In this document: piece by piece, positions 33,947-35,323 of the stretch
Position numbering within the stretch: the stretch's first letter is position 1
Layout of the letters: the number at the start of each line of letters is the position of its first letter
Source of the DNA: Candidatus Micrarchaeota archaeon
Lineage (GTDB): Archaea; B1Sed10-29; JAJRYS01
Reading direction: 5' to 3'
Assembly (NCBI GenBank): GCA_964643685.1
Contig: CAZXTN010000004.1
Coordinates: 40,677-75,999, forward strand
Length of the DNA stretch: 35,323 nucleotides
Notes under the pieces: model-generated
Told to the model about the DNA's origin: nothing
Database searches by the model: none
What the model saw: only the letters and a program-made list of their open reading frames with translations
Position numbers and translations under genes: made by a program

Positions 33947-35119
33947 ATGGATTCTAAAAATGTTTTTAAAGGAATTTCTTTAAATGTTCTCTTGCTTGGG
34001 GTAGTCAGTTTATTGACTGATATGGGAAGTCAGATTGTTTTTCCCTTAATCCCCTTGTTTCTTTCAACTGAATTAAAAGCAAGTGCATTGATAATTGGTT
34101 TGATTGAGGGCTCAGCTATTGCTACTGCTAGTTTTTTTAAAGTTTTTTCAGGGTATTTTTCAGATAAAAGGCATAGAAGAAAACCATTTATTCTGTCTGG
34201 TTATCTCTTGTCCTCTTTAATGAAACCTTTATTTGCTTTTGCTTATTCATGGAATTTTGTGTTATTTATAAGGATTTTTGAAAGGGTTGGGAAAGGGATA
34301 AGAGATGCTCCGAGAGATGCGCTTGTTGCAGAATCAACTTCTAGAGAATTTAGGGGTAAAGCGTTTGGCTTTCAAAGAGCATTAGATGGCATTGGTTCAG
34401 TTTTAGGGGCAATGATTGCTTTTATAATCCTTCCTTTGTTTGGTTTTAGGTTATCTTTTTTAAGTGCTCTTATTCCCTCTATTCTAGCTGTTTTTTTAAT
34501 CATGTTCATTAAAGAAAAAAGGGTTAAAAAAAACAAAGTGGCTGGCTTAAAAGTAAGTTTTTCAAAATTAAGTTCTAAACTTAAGTTTTTTATTTTAATT
34601 GTAGTTATTTTTAGCTTAGGTAACTTCGGTTACTCTTTTTTATTGCTGAAAGTTCTTTCAACTGGGTTAAAATCACAAGAAGCCATCTTATTTTACATTT
34701 TATTCTATTTTACTTATTCTCTGCTAGTCATTCCTTTCAGTTCAATTTCTGATAGAATTGGGAGGAAAAAAGTTTTATTTACAGGTTACTTAACCTTTAG
34801 TTTAACTGCTTTACTTCTTGCTTTTTCTTCGTCTGTTTTTCAATTAATTTCAATGTTTGTTTTATTCGGTTTATTTTTTGCTTTGACTGATGGCGTTGAA
34901 AGGGCTTTTGTAGTTGACTTGTCTCCTAAGCATCTAAAAGCAACTGCTCTTGGCACTTTTTACACTGTAAAAGGTTTTACAGCTATTCCAGCTGGTTTGA
35001 TAGCTGGTTTTCTTTGGGATAAAAGCCCTCATTTTACTTTCTTGTTTGGATTTGCTTTTTCTTTAATTGCTTTAGTTCTTCTTTATTTTTTCAAACAAGA
35101 CAAGTTATCAAAAGTTTGA
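33947..35119 (+). CDS. MFS transporter
   Basis: 12-TM pattern, motif A (GYFSDKRHRRK and SDRIGRK) and ERVGKGIRDAPRDAL. Confidence 0.92.
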   Translation: MDSKNVFKGISLNVLLLGVVSLLTDMGSQIVFPLIPLFLSTELKASALIIGLIEGSAIATASFFKVFSGYFSDKRHRRKPFILSGYLLSSLMKPLFAFAYSWNFVLFIRIFERVGKGIRDAPRDALVAESTSREFRGKAFGFQRALDGIGSVLGAMIAFIILPLFGFRLSFLSALIPSILAVFLIMFIKEKRVKKNKVAGLKVSFSKLSSKLKFFILIVVIFSLGNFGYSFLLLKVLSTGLKSQEAILFYILFYFTYSLLVIPFSSISDRIGRKKVLFTGYLTFSLTALLLAFSSSVFQLISMFVLFGLFFALTDGVERAFVVDLSPKHLKATALGTFYTVKGFTAIPAGLIAGFLWDKSPHFTFLFGFAFSLIALVLLYFFKQDKLSKV

Positions 35120-35128
35120 AGAATTTGC

Positions 35129-35168
35129 ATCTCTTGCCTGTGAGAACCAGGTAAGCTATTAGTAATTC
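35129..35168 (-). pseudogene. Relic copy of the 3' end of the gene entering from the right
   Basis: Reads ELLIAYLVLTGKR against ESLIAYLVLTSKK at 35274-35312. An in-frame TAA lies a few codons upstream. Confidence 0.45.
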
Positions 35169-35270
35169 AACTCCTTTCTTTTTAAAACATGCAATTAATC
35201 AAAGATTAATAGATGCCCCAGAAACAAAGTTTCTGAGGAAAAGAAAGTAGTTGGCAGTCAAAGAAAAATT

Positions 35271-35321
35271 TTATTTTTTGCTTGTTAGTACTAGATAAGC
35301 TATTAGTGATTCTAATTGTAT
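35271..35321 (-). CDS. 3' end of an unidentified gene running off the window (...IQLESLIAYLVLTSKK*)
   Basis: Open frame to the window edge. The frame is supported by the codon-wise divergence of its relic copy. Confidence 0.4.
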   Translation of the reverse strand: MQLESLIAYLVLTSKK

Positions 35322-35323
35322 CC

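Noticed and set aside
35129-35323. IS4-type transposase end or CRISPR repeat
   Set aside because: LIAYLVL only loosely resembles IS4 C-terminal motifs. No terminal inverted repeats were seen, and two degenerate copies 144 nt apart do not form an array.
1-35323. tRNA, rRNA or riboswitch genes
   Set aside because: Intergenic gaps are short and AT-rich, and no cloverleaf or known riboswitch consensus was recognised by eye. A tRNAscan/Infernal run would be decisive.

Overview
AT-rich, very compact archaeal chromosomal window, probably from a DPANN-type lineage (inferred from composition and gene mix, not proven). Housekeeping genes: class I CCA-adding enzyme, gatD/gatE, ncsA plus a SAMP/ThiS sulfur carrier, a hybrid thrS, a JAMM protease, apgM, ABCE1/RLI, pelota, an MFS transporter and a tetraether lipid synthase (Tes/MJ0619-type radical SAM). 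It holds a complete Tad-like type IV pilus locus: ATPase, two TadB/C-type proteins, an A24 peptidase and nine class III signal-peptide pilins, two of which the ORF track missed. A second, orphan pilus ATPase lies near the left end. The most unusual part is 2.9-9.5 kb. It has two adjacent apparent pseudoenzymes: a class III ribonucleotide reductase homolog with no catalytic cysteines or glycyl-radical domain, and a membrane protein with a dead transglutaminase domain and a winged helix. An unannotated 24-aa ORF with its own RBS lies between them, and an Lrp regulator shares a palindromic promoter with the RNR homolog. A PGF-CTERM surface glycoprotein follows, whose 3' ~860 nt has the opposite codon skew, starting exactly at an apparent domain boundary (possible cassette shuffling). 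No rRNA, tRNA, CRISPR array or intact mobile element was recognised.
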